The notes below the pieces were generated by a model that searched no databases, was not told where the DNA came from, and was given only the letters and a program-made list of their open reading frames with translations. Positions 9,023-17,590 of a DNA stretch of 64,000 bases are shown one piece after another. The position numbers were made by a program, and so were the translations under genes. The stretch's first letter is position 1, and each line of letters begins with the position of its first letter. Origin of the DNA: Candidatus Obscuribacteraceae bacterium (GTDB lineage Bacteria > Cyanobacteriota > Vampirovibrionia > Obscuribacterales > Obscuribacteraceae); contig JBGAHS010000010.1 in the NCBI GenBank assembly GCA_044226015.1, positions 256,001-320,000 on the forward strand, given 5' to 3'.

Positions 9023-10258
9023 CTAGTTCTTAAGGGCGAATTTTTCAAGTCGATTGCAAGCTTCCATGAGTTCGTCCTCTGCTGCTCCGAAAGAAAGTCG
9101 AATATGTTGTTCTCCGGTGGGACCAAAGGCAGCACCTGGCACTGTGATTACCTTGCCTTCCTTGAGTAATCTGACTGCATAGTCTATCGATGCTGCTCCA
9201 GAATTTATTTTCGGAAAAACGTAGTAACCACCCTGTGGTTGGTTGTAACTAAAAATATTGCTCAATCTGTCGAGCCTTTCGCAAACAAGGTCGCGTCGCT
9301 GCTTGAGCGCATCGCAGAGTTTCTGGATGCTCTTATCACCTTCGCCGTCTTTACCATTTGTAGCTTTCAGTGCGGCAAGAGCTGCAAACTGTGAAATTGT
9401 AGGAGCGCAAATGGCAAATGTGTCGTGAACCTTCAATACTTGTTGGAGAATGCGTTTGCTTGTATACATGAAGCCTACTCGCCAGCCTGTCATGCAATAG
9501 CGCTTTGAAAAACTGCAAGCTGCAATAATGTTTTCCTTGAGTTCCGGCATTGACATCAAGCTGAAGTATTCTGTCTCATCATAGATAAGGAAATCGTATG
9601 CTTCGTCGGTGACTATGAACAAGTTGTGTTCTAATGCTAGTTTTGCAATTGCCAGAAGATCCTCTTTTGCAAAAACTGTGCCTGTTGGATTGACAGGGTT
9701 GCATAAAACTATTGCTTTCGTTTTCTTGTTAATGGCTTTCTTGAAACCCTCAACATCTAGTTTCCAGCCGTCGTCTTCTCTCAATGGAACAAAGATGGGG
9801 GTGCCTTCAGCAAACAAAATCTGCTCAATATGTGACGCGTAGGTAGGCGTAGGAAGAATGACTTCATCACCTCTCTCTATGATGGTGCTGATGCCAGCTG
9901 CGAGAGCTTCCATACCACCACAAGAGATGAATATATTGTCGTCTGGGTCAACATCAACATTCTTTGTCCGTTTCAAGTCGGCTGCAATTGCCTGCTTCAG
10001 TTGCGGCATACCAGGTTGCATTGAGTATTTGCCTATCAGGCTGTCTTCCCGAGAAAGCTCTTCAATGACAGCCTGACGTATAAATTCTGGAGTGTTGAAT
10101 GATGGAATACCCTGCCCCAGCGTGACGCAACCACCAACTTGCGCTGCCAGAATGGGCATTTGTTTTATCGCGGAAACAGTTATTTGAGCCACTCGCTTAG
10201 CTATGCCAGCGTGATTCTCTTCCTGTCCTATGCCTTCGAAAACTGAACGACTCTGCAT
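9023..10258 (-). CDS. PLP-dependent class I aminotransferase (AspAT-like) inside the his operon
   Basis: NPVNPTG, DEAY and SFSKRYCMTGWRVG. ATG at 10258 overlaps the TAA of the upstream hisA-IE gene (TAATG). Confidence 0.9.
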   Translation of the reverse strand: MQSRSVFEGIGQEENHAGIAKRVAQITVSAIKQMPILAAQVGGCVTLGQGIPSFNTPEFIRQAVIEELSREDSLIGKYSMQPGMPQLKQAIAADLKRTKNVDVDPDDNIFISCGGMEALAAGISTIIERGDEVILPTPTYASHIEQILFAEGTPIFVPLREDDGWKLDVEGFKKAINKKTKAIVLCNPVNPTGTVFAKEDLLAIAKLALEHNLFIVTDEAYDFLIYDETEYFSLMSMPELKENIIAACSFSKRYCMTGWRVGFMYTSKRILQQVLKVHDTFAICAPTISQFAALAALKATNGKDGEGDKSIQKLCDALKQRRDLVCERLDRLSNIFSYNQPQGGYYVFPKINSGAASIDYAVRLLKEGKVITVPGAAFGPTGEQHIRLSFGAAEDELMEACNRLEKFALKN

Positions 10259-11493
10259 TAGCGACGTCTGCCTCCCAGTTCTGCTTCGATTTCCTTCCAT
10301 TCGATGCCTTCATCTACCGCCAAAACTGACATCATAAAAATAAGGTCTGCGATTTCCCAGCGGAGGTTGTCTTGTGATGTGTAGTTTAAGACCTCTTCTG
10401 ACTCCTCAGCAATTTTTGCAAGTAATTCCTTTCGGTCTGCAAACAGTTTGGCAGAATAAGAGTTCGGCAATGCATGCTTCTTGCGATTCTGTAGTGTTTC
10501 ATAAAGTTCGTGCAAGGTGAAATTTCGGTTCGCGCCAGCTCTGCCGAAGCAGCTATAGGTACCGTTATGGCAGGCGGCATCGGTTTGCTCAACTGTGAAC
10601 AAGATTGAATCTCTGTCACAATCAACACGGCATGATATGAGCTTTTGCGTGGAACCTGAAGTCAAACCTTTCTCCCAGATTTCCTTTCTTGAGCGGCTGT
10701 AGTAGATGCCTTTGCCCTCTGTTAAGGCTCGTTTGAGTGACTCAGCGTTGCTATAGGCAAGCATCAATACCTGTCCGGCTTTATCTTGGACAATCGTGGG
10801 GCAGAGACCGTCGCCTGCAAATTTGATAGCGCCGATTACTGACTCTGCCAGGTCGATTTTTCCGGTGTAAAGAGCCATTCCCACCTGAACATCAATGCCT
10901 AGCTTTGAAATCTCAACTATCTCTTCTGTTTTAGCGATGCCACCGGCTACGGTGAGTGGTGCCTTAATCTTTTCAATCAGTTCTTTAACTGCATCGATGT
11001 TCATTCCTCCCATGCCACCTTCGTCTTCTATGAAGGTGCTGAGAAAGCCAGAACAAAATGGAGCTAGTCTTTCGGCTCTTTCTATGAGTGTTTCACCGGT
11101 TGGGTTGACCCATCCTTTATCATAGACTTCGCCTTTCTTCTGGTCTAGAGCAACCATAACTGAAGTCCGTGGAAGTTTGCTGAGAAATTCGGGCGTGGCT
11201 GCAGTTCCGATGATAACTTGCCTGGCCCCAGCTCTCAGAATCGCTCTTGCTGTTTCGTGGGTTCTTATGCCACCTCCAACACGCGCATCAGCAACCCGGC
11301 AGATTCTTTTGATAAGCTCGAGGTTGCTTCCCTTGCCTAACGCTGCATCCAGGTCAATAACAGCAATTTCGCCATATCTACTGAATTCTGCCGCTAATTC
11401 TACGGGGTCTCGCTCGCTCTGCAAGACGAATTCCTTGCCTTGCTTTAACTGAACTGCTCGTCCATTTTGGATGTCTATACTTGGTATCAGCAT
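10258..11493 (-). CDS. hisA/hisIE: Fused HisA (ProFAR isomerase) - HisI (PR-AMP cyclohydrolase) - HisE (PR-ATP pyrophosphatase)
   Basis: HisA: IPSIDI, IDLDAA, GGGIR, VAGGI. HisI: YYSRSR..WEKGLTSG, DCDRD, ACHNG..SCF. HisE: SYSAKL..KIAEESEE..EIADL. Confidence 0.9.
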   Translation of the reverse strand: MLIPSIDIQNGRAVQLKQGKEFVLQSERDPVELAAEFSRYGEIAVIDLDAALGKGSNLELIKRICRVADARVGGGIRTHETARAILRAGARQVIIGTAATPEFLSKLPRTSVMVALDQKKGEVYDKGWVNPTGETLIERAERLAPFCSGFLSTFIEDEGGMGGMNIDAVKELIEKIKAPLTVAGGIAKTEEIVEISKLGIDVQVGMALYTGKIDLAESVIGAIKFAGDGLCPTIVQDKAGQVLMLAYSNAESLKRALTEGKGIYYSRSRKEIWEKGLTSGSTQKLISCRVDCDRDSILFTVEQTDAACHNGTYSCFGRAGANRNFTLHELYETLQNRKKHALPNSYSAKLFADRKELLAKIAEESEEVLNYTSQDNLRWEIADLIFMMSVLAVDEGIEWKEIEAELGGRRR

Positions 11494-12371
11494 ATTCTCA
11501 CCGGTATGTGTCTGGCTTTAATTTGTTCCTTCAATTTGTTTGGAGTCCAGCGACCATCATGAAAGATTGTCGCTGCTAAAGCTGCATCAGCAAATGCATC
11601 TTCGAAAACTTCGATGAAACTATCTGGACCCTGGGCGCCACCAGATGCAATGACAGGCACTGATAATTCAGACGCAAATTTTCGCACCATTTCAATATCA
11701 AAGCCCTTCTCTGTACCATCTCTGTCCCACGAGGTCAAAAGTATCTCGCCCGCTCCGCGCTTGACGCATTCCTGCGCCCATACAAAAGCATCTTTGTTTG
11801 TGTTAAGTCTGCCACCTTGAATGAGCACATCCCAGACAATTTCTTGAAAGGAATCTGCTTCTGTCTGGCTTGCGTCAGTCGTTGAGGTTATTTCGCCAAG
11901 CTTGCTCGATGGAGTCTTCGCATCTTCATTAGCCTCGCACCTGGCTTGCTTGCTTGCTCGTTTGCGCGCGTCTATTGCAAGCACGCAACATTGTGAACCG
12001 CAAGCTTCTGCTATTTCTGTGACGAGTTCTGGACGCTTTACTGCTGACGAATTAACCGAAACCTTGTCGGCACCACAGTTGAGAAGTGTCTTCACGTCGG
12101 AGAGCTGAGAGATGCCACCGCCTACGGTGAAGGGAATTGAAAGTTTGTGAGCCACCTTCTCCACAAGAGTGTATATTGTCTTTCGCTCTTCGTGAGAGGC
12201 TGTGATGTCCAGAAACATCAATTCATCTGCTCCATCTTCTTCATATCGTTGAGCAAGTTCGACAGGGTCACCCATATCACGCAAGTTCGTGAAGTTGACC
12301 CCTTTGACTGTGCGTCCATTGGCTACGTCGAGGCAAGGAATGATTCTTCGGCATAGATTATTTAGCGACAT
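11487..12371 (-). CDS. hisF: Imidazole glycerol phosphate synthase cyclase subunit
   Basis: RIIPCLDV, FLDITAS, GAGEILLTSWDRDG, IASGG. Carries an extra polar insertion of about 30 aa. Confidence 0.97.
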   Translation of the reverse strand: MSLNNLCRRIIPCLDVANGRTVKGVNFTNLRDMGDPVELAQRYEEDGADELMFLDITASHEERKTIYTLVEKVAHKLSIPFTVGGGISQLSDVKTLLNCGADKVSVNSSAVKRPELVTEIAEACGSQCCVLAIDARKRASKQARCEANEDAKTPSSKLGEITSTTDASQTEADSFQEIVWDVLIQGGRLNTNKDAFVWAQECVKRGAGEILLTSWDRDGTEKGFDIEMVRKFASELSVPVIASGGAQGPDSFIEVFEDAFADAALAATIFHDGRWTPNKLKEQIKARHIPVRIC

Positions 12372-12972
12372 TTTGCACCCACGTTCTTAAGAGTGTTTTG
12401 CCAAAACTGCTGCTTTTTTCTGGGTGAAACTGAAATGCCGTTATGTTGCCTGTCTTCACTGCTGCGCAGAACTCTACATGATAGTTAGAGCTATACAGAA
12501 TGGAATCAGCGTCTCTGGGTGCTGGGTAGTATGAATTTACAAAGTATACAAAGCCTGATTCGGGAAAGCCTTCATTGCCATTTTTTCGTTCTATCTGGTT
12601 CCAGCCAATTTGAGGCACTTTGCCTTCCTGGAATTTACGCACCGTGCCTGGTATCAGCCCGAGACCTGGCACTCCTTCGGCTTCTTCACTTGAGTCAAAG
12701 AGTATTTGCATTCCCACACAAATGCCCAGGTAGGGAGTACCTGCTTTTACGAGGTCTCTCACTCTGGCATCAAATGAGCTTGCTTTGAGATGCTGCATCA
12801 CAGGTCCAAACGCCCCTACTCCAGGCAGCAAGACCGGCTTGTCACCGCGTGGTGGATTTTCGAGGTCAGCCATGCTGAAATCCAGTTCCAGCATTTCAAG
12901 GCAGCGGCGAACACTGCCAATGTTTCCTCCACCCACGTCAACTAAATCGACTTTTGCCACCATCTTTCGCAC
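12358..12972 (-). CDS. hisH: Imidazole glycerol phosphate synthase glutamine amidotransferase subunit
   Basis: LPGVG, GICVGMQ, VPQIGWN and QFHPEKS. Confidence 0.97.
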   Translation of the reverse strand: MRKMVAKVDLVDVGGGNIGSVRRCLEMLELDFSMADLENPPRGDKPVLLPGVGAFGPVMQHLKASSFDARVRDLVKAGTPYLGICVGMQILFDSSEEAEGVPGLGLIPGTVRKFQEGKVPQIGWNQIERKNGNEGFPESGFVYFVNSYYPAPRDADSILYSSNYHVEFCAAVKTGNITAFQFHPEKSSSFGKTLLRTWVQNVAK

Positions 12973-12977
12973 CCAAC

Positions 12978-13862
12978 TCAGGTCACAATTTTCTCAAGCT
13001 TGTATTCCAAAATATCAGTGGCGCCTAGCTTGACTAATTTGGGAATGAGGTCTGGAACCTCTTTTGTGCTCACTGCAACTTTTACTGCATAGCCGTCACT
13101 GTTGTGTAGTTTGGAAACTGTGGGTGCTTTCATGCATGGCAGGTCGCCAACGATTTTGTCGAAGACATTTGCCGGCACATTCATTTCCAGAAGTACTTTT
13201 TGTCGTGCTTGCAAAGTACTCTTCATTAGCATGGTCATTTCTTCAAGCTTTTCGCGCTTTTCGGGATTGTCCAGAGCGGCTTTATTACAGATGAATCGCG
13301 TTGAAGAGCGCATCAACTCTGCCACTATTTCAAGTCGATTTTGACGCAGGGTTGCACCGCTTGATGTGTTGTCAATGATAATGTCAGCATCCTCTGGCGG
13401 CAGAGCCTCTGTGGCACCATAGGCGTGAACAAAGACTGCATCAAGGTTTTGACTCTTGATGTAGTCATTTGAAATTCGTTGATATTCGGAAGCTACAATG
13501 ATTTTTCTGCCGTTGAAGGCTTCCTTTCCTGCGCTAACGAGTTCTTCCGGCATCGCGGCAACGATACGTACAGGGTCAAAACCAAGGTCTAGCAATTCGA
13601 CAACGTCTGCATTTTGTTCGTAAATCCAATCGCGACCAGCGAAGCCGCAATCATGCCGCCCGAGAGCAACCAATCCGGGAATGTTCTTCGCTCGAAGCAT
13701 TTTTGTGACTATGAAAGAGTCGTTGCAAACGGGTCTGTAAGACCTGCCCGTCTGAGAAAAGCCGATTCCAATCTGTTCGAGCAGGTGCAGAACCTTTTCC
13801 TGAATTCGACCATTTGGAAGAGTTAGTTTGAGCTTGTCATCGTAATGCTTTTCTGTTGTCAT
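12978..13862 (-). CDS. hisG: ATP phosphoribosyltransferase, long form
   Basis: LPNGRI, GATEA, DIIIDNTSSGATLRQN and a C-terminal regulatory domain (APTVS...GATDIL). Confidence 0.95.
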   Translation of the reverse strand: MTTEKHYDDKLKLTLPNGRIQEKVLHLLEQIGIGFSQTGRSYRPVCNDSFIVTKMLRAKNIPGLVALGRHDCGFAGRDWIYEQNADVVELLDLGFDPVRIVAAMPEELVSAGKEAFNGRKIIVASEYQRISNDYIKSQNLDAVFVHAYGATEALPPEDADIIIDNTSSGATLRQNRLEIVAELMRSSTRFICNKAALDNPEKREKLEEMTMLMKSTLQARQKVLLEMNVPANVFDKIVGDLPCMKAPTVSKLHNSDGYAVKVAVSTKEVPDLIPKLVKLGATDILEYKLEKIVT

Positions 13863-13998
13863 GTGTTGTCTCGTTTTGCCTGTTTTGCGGGCATTGCTGT
13901 ACGAGTTGCTAGTCTACTCGGTGTAAGCTGCCAAGAAGGGCAAGTCTAAACCTCGCTGTCCATTGTTGTAATGTACTGATGCCGTTTAGTTTCACCTG

Positions 13999-16578
13999 TT
14001 GCTTTTACGGTGCTGCAGCGGGATGCGAATGTGCTATTTTTGTCAGAAGCGATTTGATGCACTGAAAGGCTGCTCTGTGACAACGCAATCCTCAAAGAAT
14101 CCCGAAGAGAAGAGCGCAGAGCAAGAGGCTCGTGAGGCTGAATTTGCCAGATATATGGTTTATCGTCAGCCCGCTGATGATGCCATGTCTGCTGAAGATT
14201 ACGAACTAGCCATGCGGCTTTATGCTCAAGGTGCCCGCAAAACAATTGCGGACGGGTTGGAAAAAGAGAATCGGGCAGCGACAATGTTTGCGGGTGCTTG
14301 TGCTTGCGCCATGCGAAGTGAAAAGTACTCGTTGGCGCTGCGTTATTTGCGAAACTCTTTTGAGCATCTCAGTGAAAACGAGCCAGTGTTTGCTGACACG
14401 ATGAATTATTTAATCGATCAGATACACTCGCTTCCATATTATCTGAAGACCTCGGCTCAACGCGAGCTACTTGAATCGATTAAGTCGGAATACTATCAGA
14501 AGTTCTCATCATGTTTGCGACGAGCGTTCTTCTCTGCCCAGAAGAAATTAGCTGCACAGGCGCCAGAAGGCGAGGCTGAGAAACGGAAGCTTCATGGTGT
14601 CGATGTCATCGATAAGTTTCCGTTTCTGGAAGACCTTTTCTCGAAAGTGACGCAGTCTTACATCAAAAAAGAATATCTTGCCGGGCAGAACTTTCTTCAA
14701 TTGGCGCTGCTCGATTTCAAGCTGCCGGAAGAATACTTTCGCAAGGACAGGCAGCAGCCAAACCGAATTCCATTCCGCGTGGGAAAGAACTATTATTTCC
14801 GCATGACAGATCCATCAACTCGCCATAGGATTGTGAGGTGTGCTCAAAACGTTAACAGAAAAGGGAAAATAATTCTTTCGGGACAGGAAGTTTGTCCCCC
14901 CGATTATTTCATCAACTCCGAGCGTTATAGAAAAGATGGTAAGTACATCGCTTATGGCATCTCGAAACATGGCTCTGATTGGGAGGAATGGTACGTAAAG
15001 TCGACTGTCACTGGACGCCAAATTCCGCATTTGAAATTGGACATTCGTCATGGTGGCATTATGTTTCATCCCGATGGAAAAGGACTTGTTTACTGGAAAC
15101 AGGGAAAACCTGAGAATGTCGAAGACCATTTGAAAGTCGTCGAGAAAAGTGTTCGAATATACTACAAACCCTTGCATCCGAAAGATTCAAAAGAGCATTT
15201 GATTTATGCTCCGAAGGATGAAGAAGTAGACCGAGTGAATTTGAATTTCCTTATGGACGGCAAATTCATGCTTATCCAAGAGAAGCGAAAAGGCGAGACA
15301 AAGGGACGCTTTTATATTCTGAAGGCACCGAAAGCGCAGCTGATACCACTCTTCGCAGGGAAAGCACGAGACTGCGTTTACATGGGGTGGCGGCGCAACA
15401 AGTTGTATTTCGAGACCAACGATGCGGCGCCTAATGGAAAGGTTTTTTCGCTTACATTAGATGATGGTGGCAAGCCCGCGAAAGTGGAAACTGTGATTCC
15501 TGAATGCGAAAAGGTAATCAGTGAAACTTATCTTTTAATGGATAGAATTATGGTCAACTATCTTGTTGACAGAAGCACCAAATCTGAAATTGTGAGCTAT
15601 CCACTTGATGGTGGTGCCGCAGTGACTGTTCCTCTGCCGGCTGAAGGGATAGTTGATAATCTTAGTTGCAGCTATGACGACAGCAACCTATTTTTTAGTA
15701 TCAATAGTTTCAGCAATGCTAGCAGCATTTTTTTGCACAATTTGAAATCGAGAAAGACACGCCTTTATTTCGCACCGACGGGACAGCCTTGCCGCGACCT
15801 GGTCAGTGAAGTTGTGAACGTGAAGAGTAAGGATGGCTCTATCGTTCCTATGTGGCTTGTCCACAGAAAAAAGGTGAAACTTGGACCCGACACACCTGTT
15901 CTGATGATGGTGTATGGTGGCTTTAATGTGCCATGCTTACCATATTGCAATTACGAAATTTTGAGTTGGACCGAAATGGGAGGCGTCTGGGCTCAGCCTT
16001 ATCTTAGAGGCGGCGGTGAGCTTGGCGAGCATTGGCATGAATCTGCTAAGAAGCTCAAGAAACAGAATACATTCGATGATGCAATTGCGTGCGCAAAATA
16101 TTTGATCGATAACAAGCTTGCAAGTCCCGCTAAACTAGCGGTAAAAGGCGGCAGCAATGGCGGGCTGACTGTGGCCGTTTTGCTAAATCAAGCCCCTGAG
16201 TGCTTTGCCGCTGCAATCGCAAGTAATGGGCTTTACGATATGCTCAAATTTCAAAATCACACTATAGGCTGGGCTTGGGAGTGTGATTATGGCAGCGTCG
16301 CGAAGAAGAAAGAGTTCCAGACCATATTCTCTTACTCGCCCATACATAATCTTCGAAAGGTCTCAAGATTTCCAGCTCTCTTATTGTGCGCTAGTGAAGG
16401 AGATGACCGTGTGCCGCCCTGGCACACAATGAAATACCTGGCTGAACTCAGGCAGCATGTACCAGCAGAGTCAATCTTAGTATTGCGAATCGAGCGCAAG
16501 AGTGGTCATGTAAGTCACCGTAGTAGCTGGGAGATTCGTGATCAGCAAGCGTTTTTGAAGCAAGTGCTCGGAATGTAG
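13999..16578 (+). CDS. Prolyl oligopeptidase (S9A) with N-terminal extension
   Basis: YGGFN, RGGGE, nucleophile GGSNGGL, DDRV and C-terminal GH. GTG at 14077 is a likelier start. Confidence 0.9.
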   Translation: MLLRCCSGMRMCYFCQKRFDALKGCSVTTQSSKNPEEKSAEQEAREAEFARYMVYRQPADDAMSAEDYELAMRLYAQGARKTIADGLEKENRAATMFAGACACAMRSEKYSLALRYLRNSFEHLSENEPVFADTMNYLIDQIHSLPYYLKTSAQRELLESIKSEYYQKFSSCLRRAFFSAQKKLAAQAPEGEAEKRKLHGVDVIDKFPFLEDLFSKVTQSYIKKEYLAGQNFLQLALLDFKLPEEYFRKDRQQPNRIPFRVGKNYYFRMTDPSTRHRIVRCAQNVNRKGKIILSGQEVCPPDYFINSERYRKDGKYIAYGISKHGSDWEEWYVKSTVTGRQIPHLKLDIRHGGIMFHPDGKGLVYWKQGKPENVEDHLKVVEKSVRIYYKPLHPKDSKEHLIYAPKDEEVDRVNLNFLMDGKFMLIQEKRKGETKGRFYILKAPKAQLIPLFAGKARDCVYMGWRRNKLYFETNDAAPNGKVFSLTLDDGGKPAKVETVIPECEKVISETYLLMDRIMVNYLVDRSTKSEIVSYPLDGGAAVTVPLPAEGIVDNLSCSYDDSNLFFSINSFSNASSIFLHNLKSRKTRLYFAPTGQPCRDLVSEVVNVKSKDGSIVPMWLVHRKKVKLGPDTPVLMMVYGGFNVPCLPYCNYEILSWTEMGGVWAQPYLRGGGELGEHWHESAKKLKKQNTFDDAIACAKYLIDNKLASPAKLAVKGGSNGGLTVAVLLNQAPECFAAAIASNGLYDMLKFQNHTIGWAWECDYGSVAKKKEFQTIFSYSPIHNLRKVSRFPALLLCASEGDDRVPPWHTMKYLAELRQHVPAESILVLRIERKSGHVSHRSSWEIRDQQAFLKQVLGM

Positions 16579-16607
16579 TCGAGCGCTTTTGGGAAAAACA
16601 CGTACCC

Positions 16608-16664
16608 TGCCAAATTTTTGCCAAATTTCTGCCGGGATTTTGCCAATCTTGACAGCTTAGAATC
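16608..16664 (+). promoter_or_regulatory. Four 11-bp-period direct repeats (TGCC core) upstream of a TAGAAT -10-like hexamer
   Basis: TGCC at 16608, 16619, 16630 and 16641 (TGCCAAATTTT TGCCAAATTTC TGCCGGGATTT TGCCAATCTTG). TAGAAT at 16659. Confidence 0.5.
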
Positions 16665-16720
16665 TGTTCATGGGGTGAACGAAATCGCTTGATTGGGTTA
16701 AGGGTTTGGAGGTAATTGGG

Positions 16721-17158
16721 ATGAGTGACTTACATCAGGATCCGTCGTGGAGAGAAGCGGCACGAAATGTGGCTCGTGAGCTTGATCAAAATGATGTGCG
16801 CGGTGCGCAAGAACTAATGCGACAGGACCTATGGCAATTGCAAAATGACCCACGGGGTCAACACGAGTTTATCAATATGGTTAGCCGAATGGACCAGAAG
16901 GGCGTTGGCGCTGACCTGAATATTTATCATGGACCGAATGGGCAAGAGCAATGGCAAATTATGCCTGCTAACTACGGACGGGACAATCGCTATCCAGTAC
17001 CGCCACCGCAATCTTTACCAGCACCAGATGTGGTGATTGTTGAGCCGCAGAGACCAAGCCCCGGTGAACGTATTGTTGATGGTATCGTGACTGGTGCAGG
17101 AATTGGCATCGGCATGGGCATCATGGGAAGAGTTTTTGGCGGGCATCATCGCCGCTAA
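16721..17158 (+). CDS. Hypothetical protein with Pro-rich linker and C-terminal glycine zipper
   Basis: GGAGG precedes ATG 16721. C-terminus GIVTGAGIGIGMGIMG. Confidence 0.75.
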   Translation: MSDLHQDPSWREAARNVARELDQNDVRGAQELMRQDLWQLQNDPRGQHEFINMVSRMDQKGVGADLNIYHGPNGQEQWQIMPANYGRDNRYPVPPPQSLPAPDVVIVEPQRPSPGERIVDGIVTGAGIGIGMGIMGRVFGGHHRR

Positions 17159-17267
17159 ACCAGATGGTTCGCGACCTAGTGGGGAGCCAAGGGCTGACGG
17201 TTCCTCAGCTAAGCTCGGTCTGCTGATTCAAGGGCTGACGAATAGCAGATTGAGCTTGGCACGGGTC

Positions 17268-17496
17268 GAGACTTCCTAACTCCTTGAGCGTATTCAATTA
17301 AATATCCGTTTTTTATTTGCTGCGAGACCCCCCGAAACTCTCGTTGCAATTCGTAGGACAGGCAACTCACCTCTGCCTGTCCTCTCCCCTTTTTGGCTTT
17401 CACGGATCACCTGGGAGAGCCGGACTCCAGCCGGCATATTCGTTTTTATACTCTCAAGCGAAACACTTGGTGCCTGGCACTAACTAGGAAGCCCTC
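17268..17496 (-). ncRNA. Candidate structured non-coding RNA (multibranch, about 230 nt)
   Basis: Nested pairings 17272-17278/17485-17491 and 17283-17293/17448-17458. Internal hairpins 17355-17383 and 17419-17435. Strand inferred from G-U compatible extensions. Confidence 0.35.
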
Positions 17497-17590
17497 CGAT
17501 ATGTTTTGGTGCATTCTTTGCTATCAGTTGGAAGCTATTTCTTATTTTCGTTTTAATGCTTATAATCACTGTTAGTTCGGTAGCTCTACG

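Noticed and set aside
13863..13998. His-codon attenuator leader upstream of hisG
   Set aside because: No run of His codons or terminator/antiterminator pair was seen on the minus strand.
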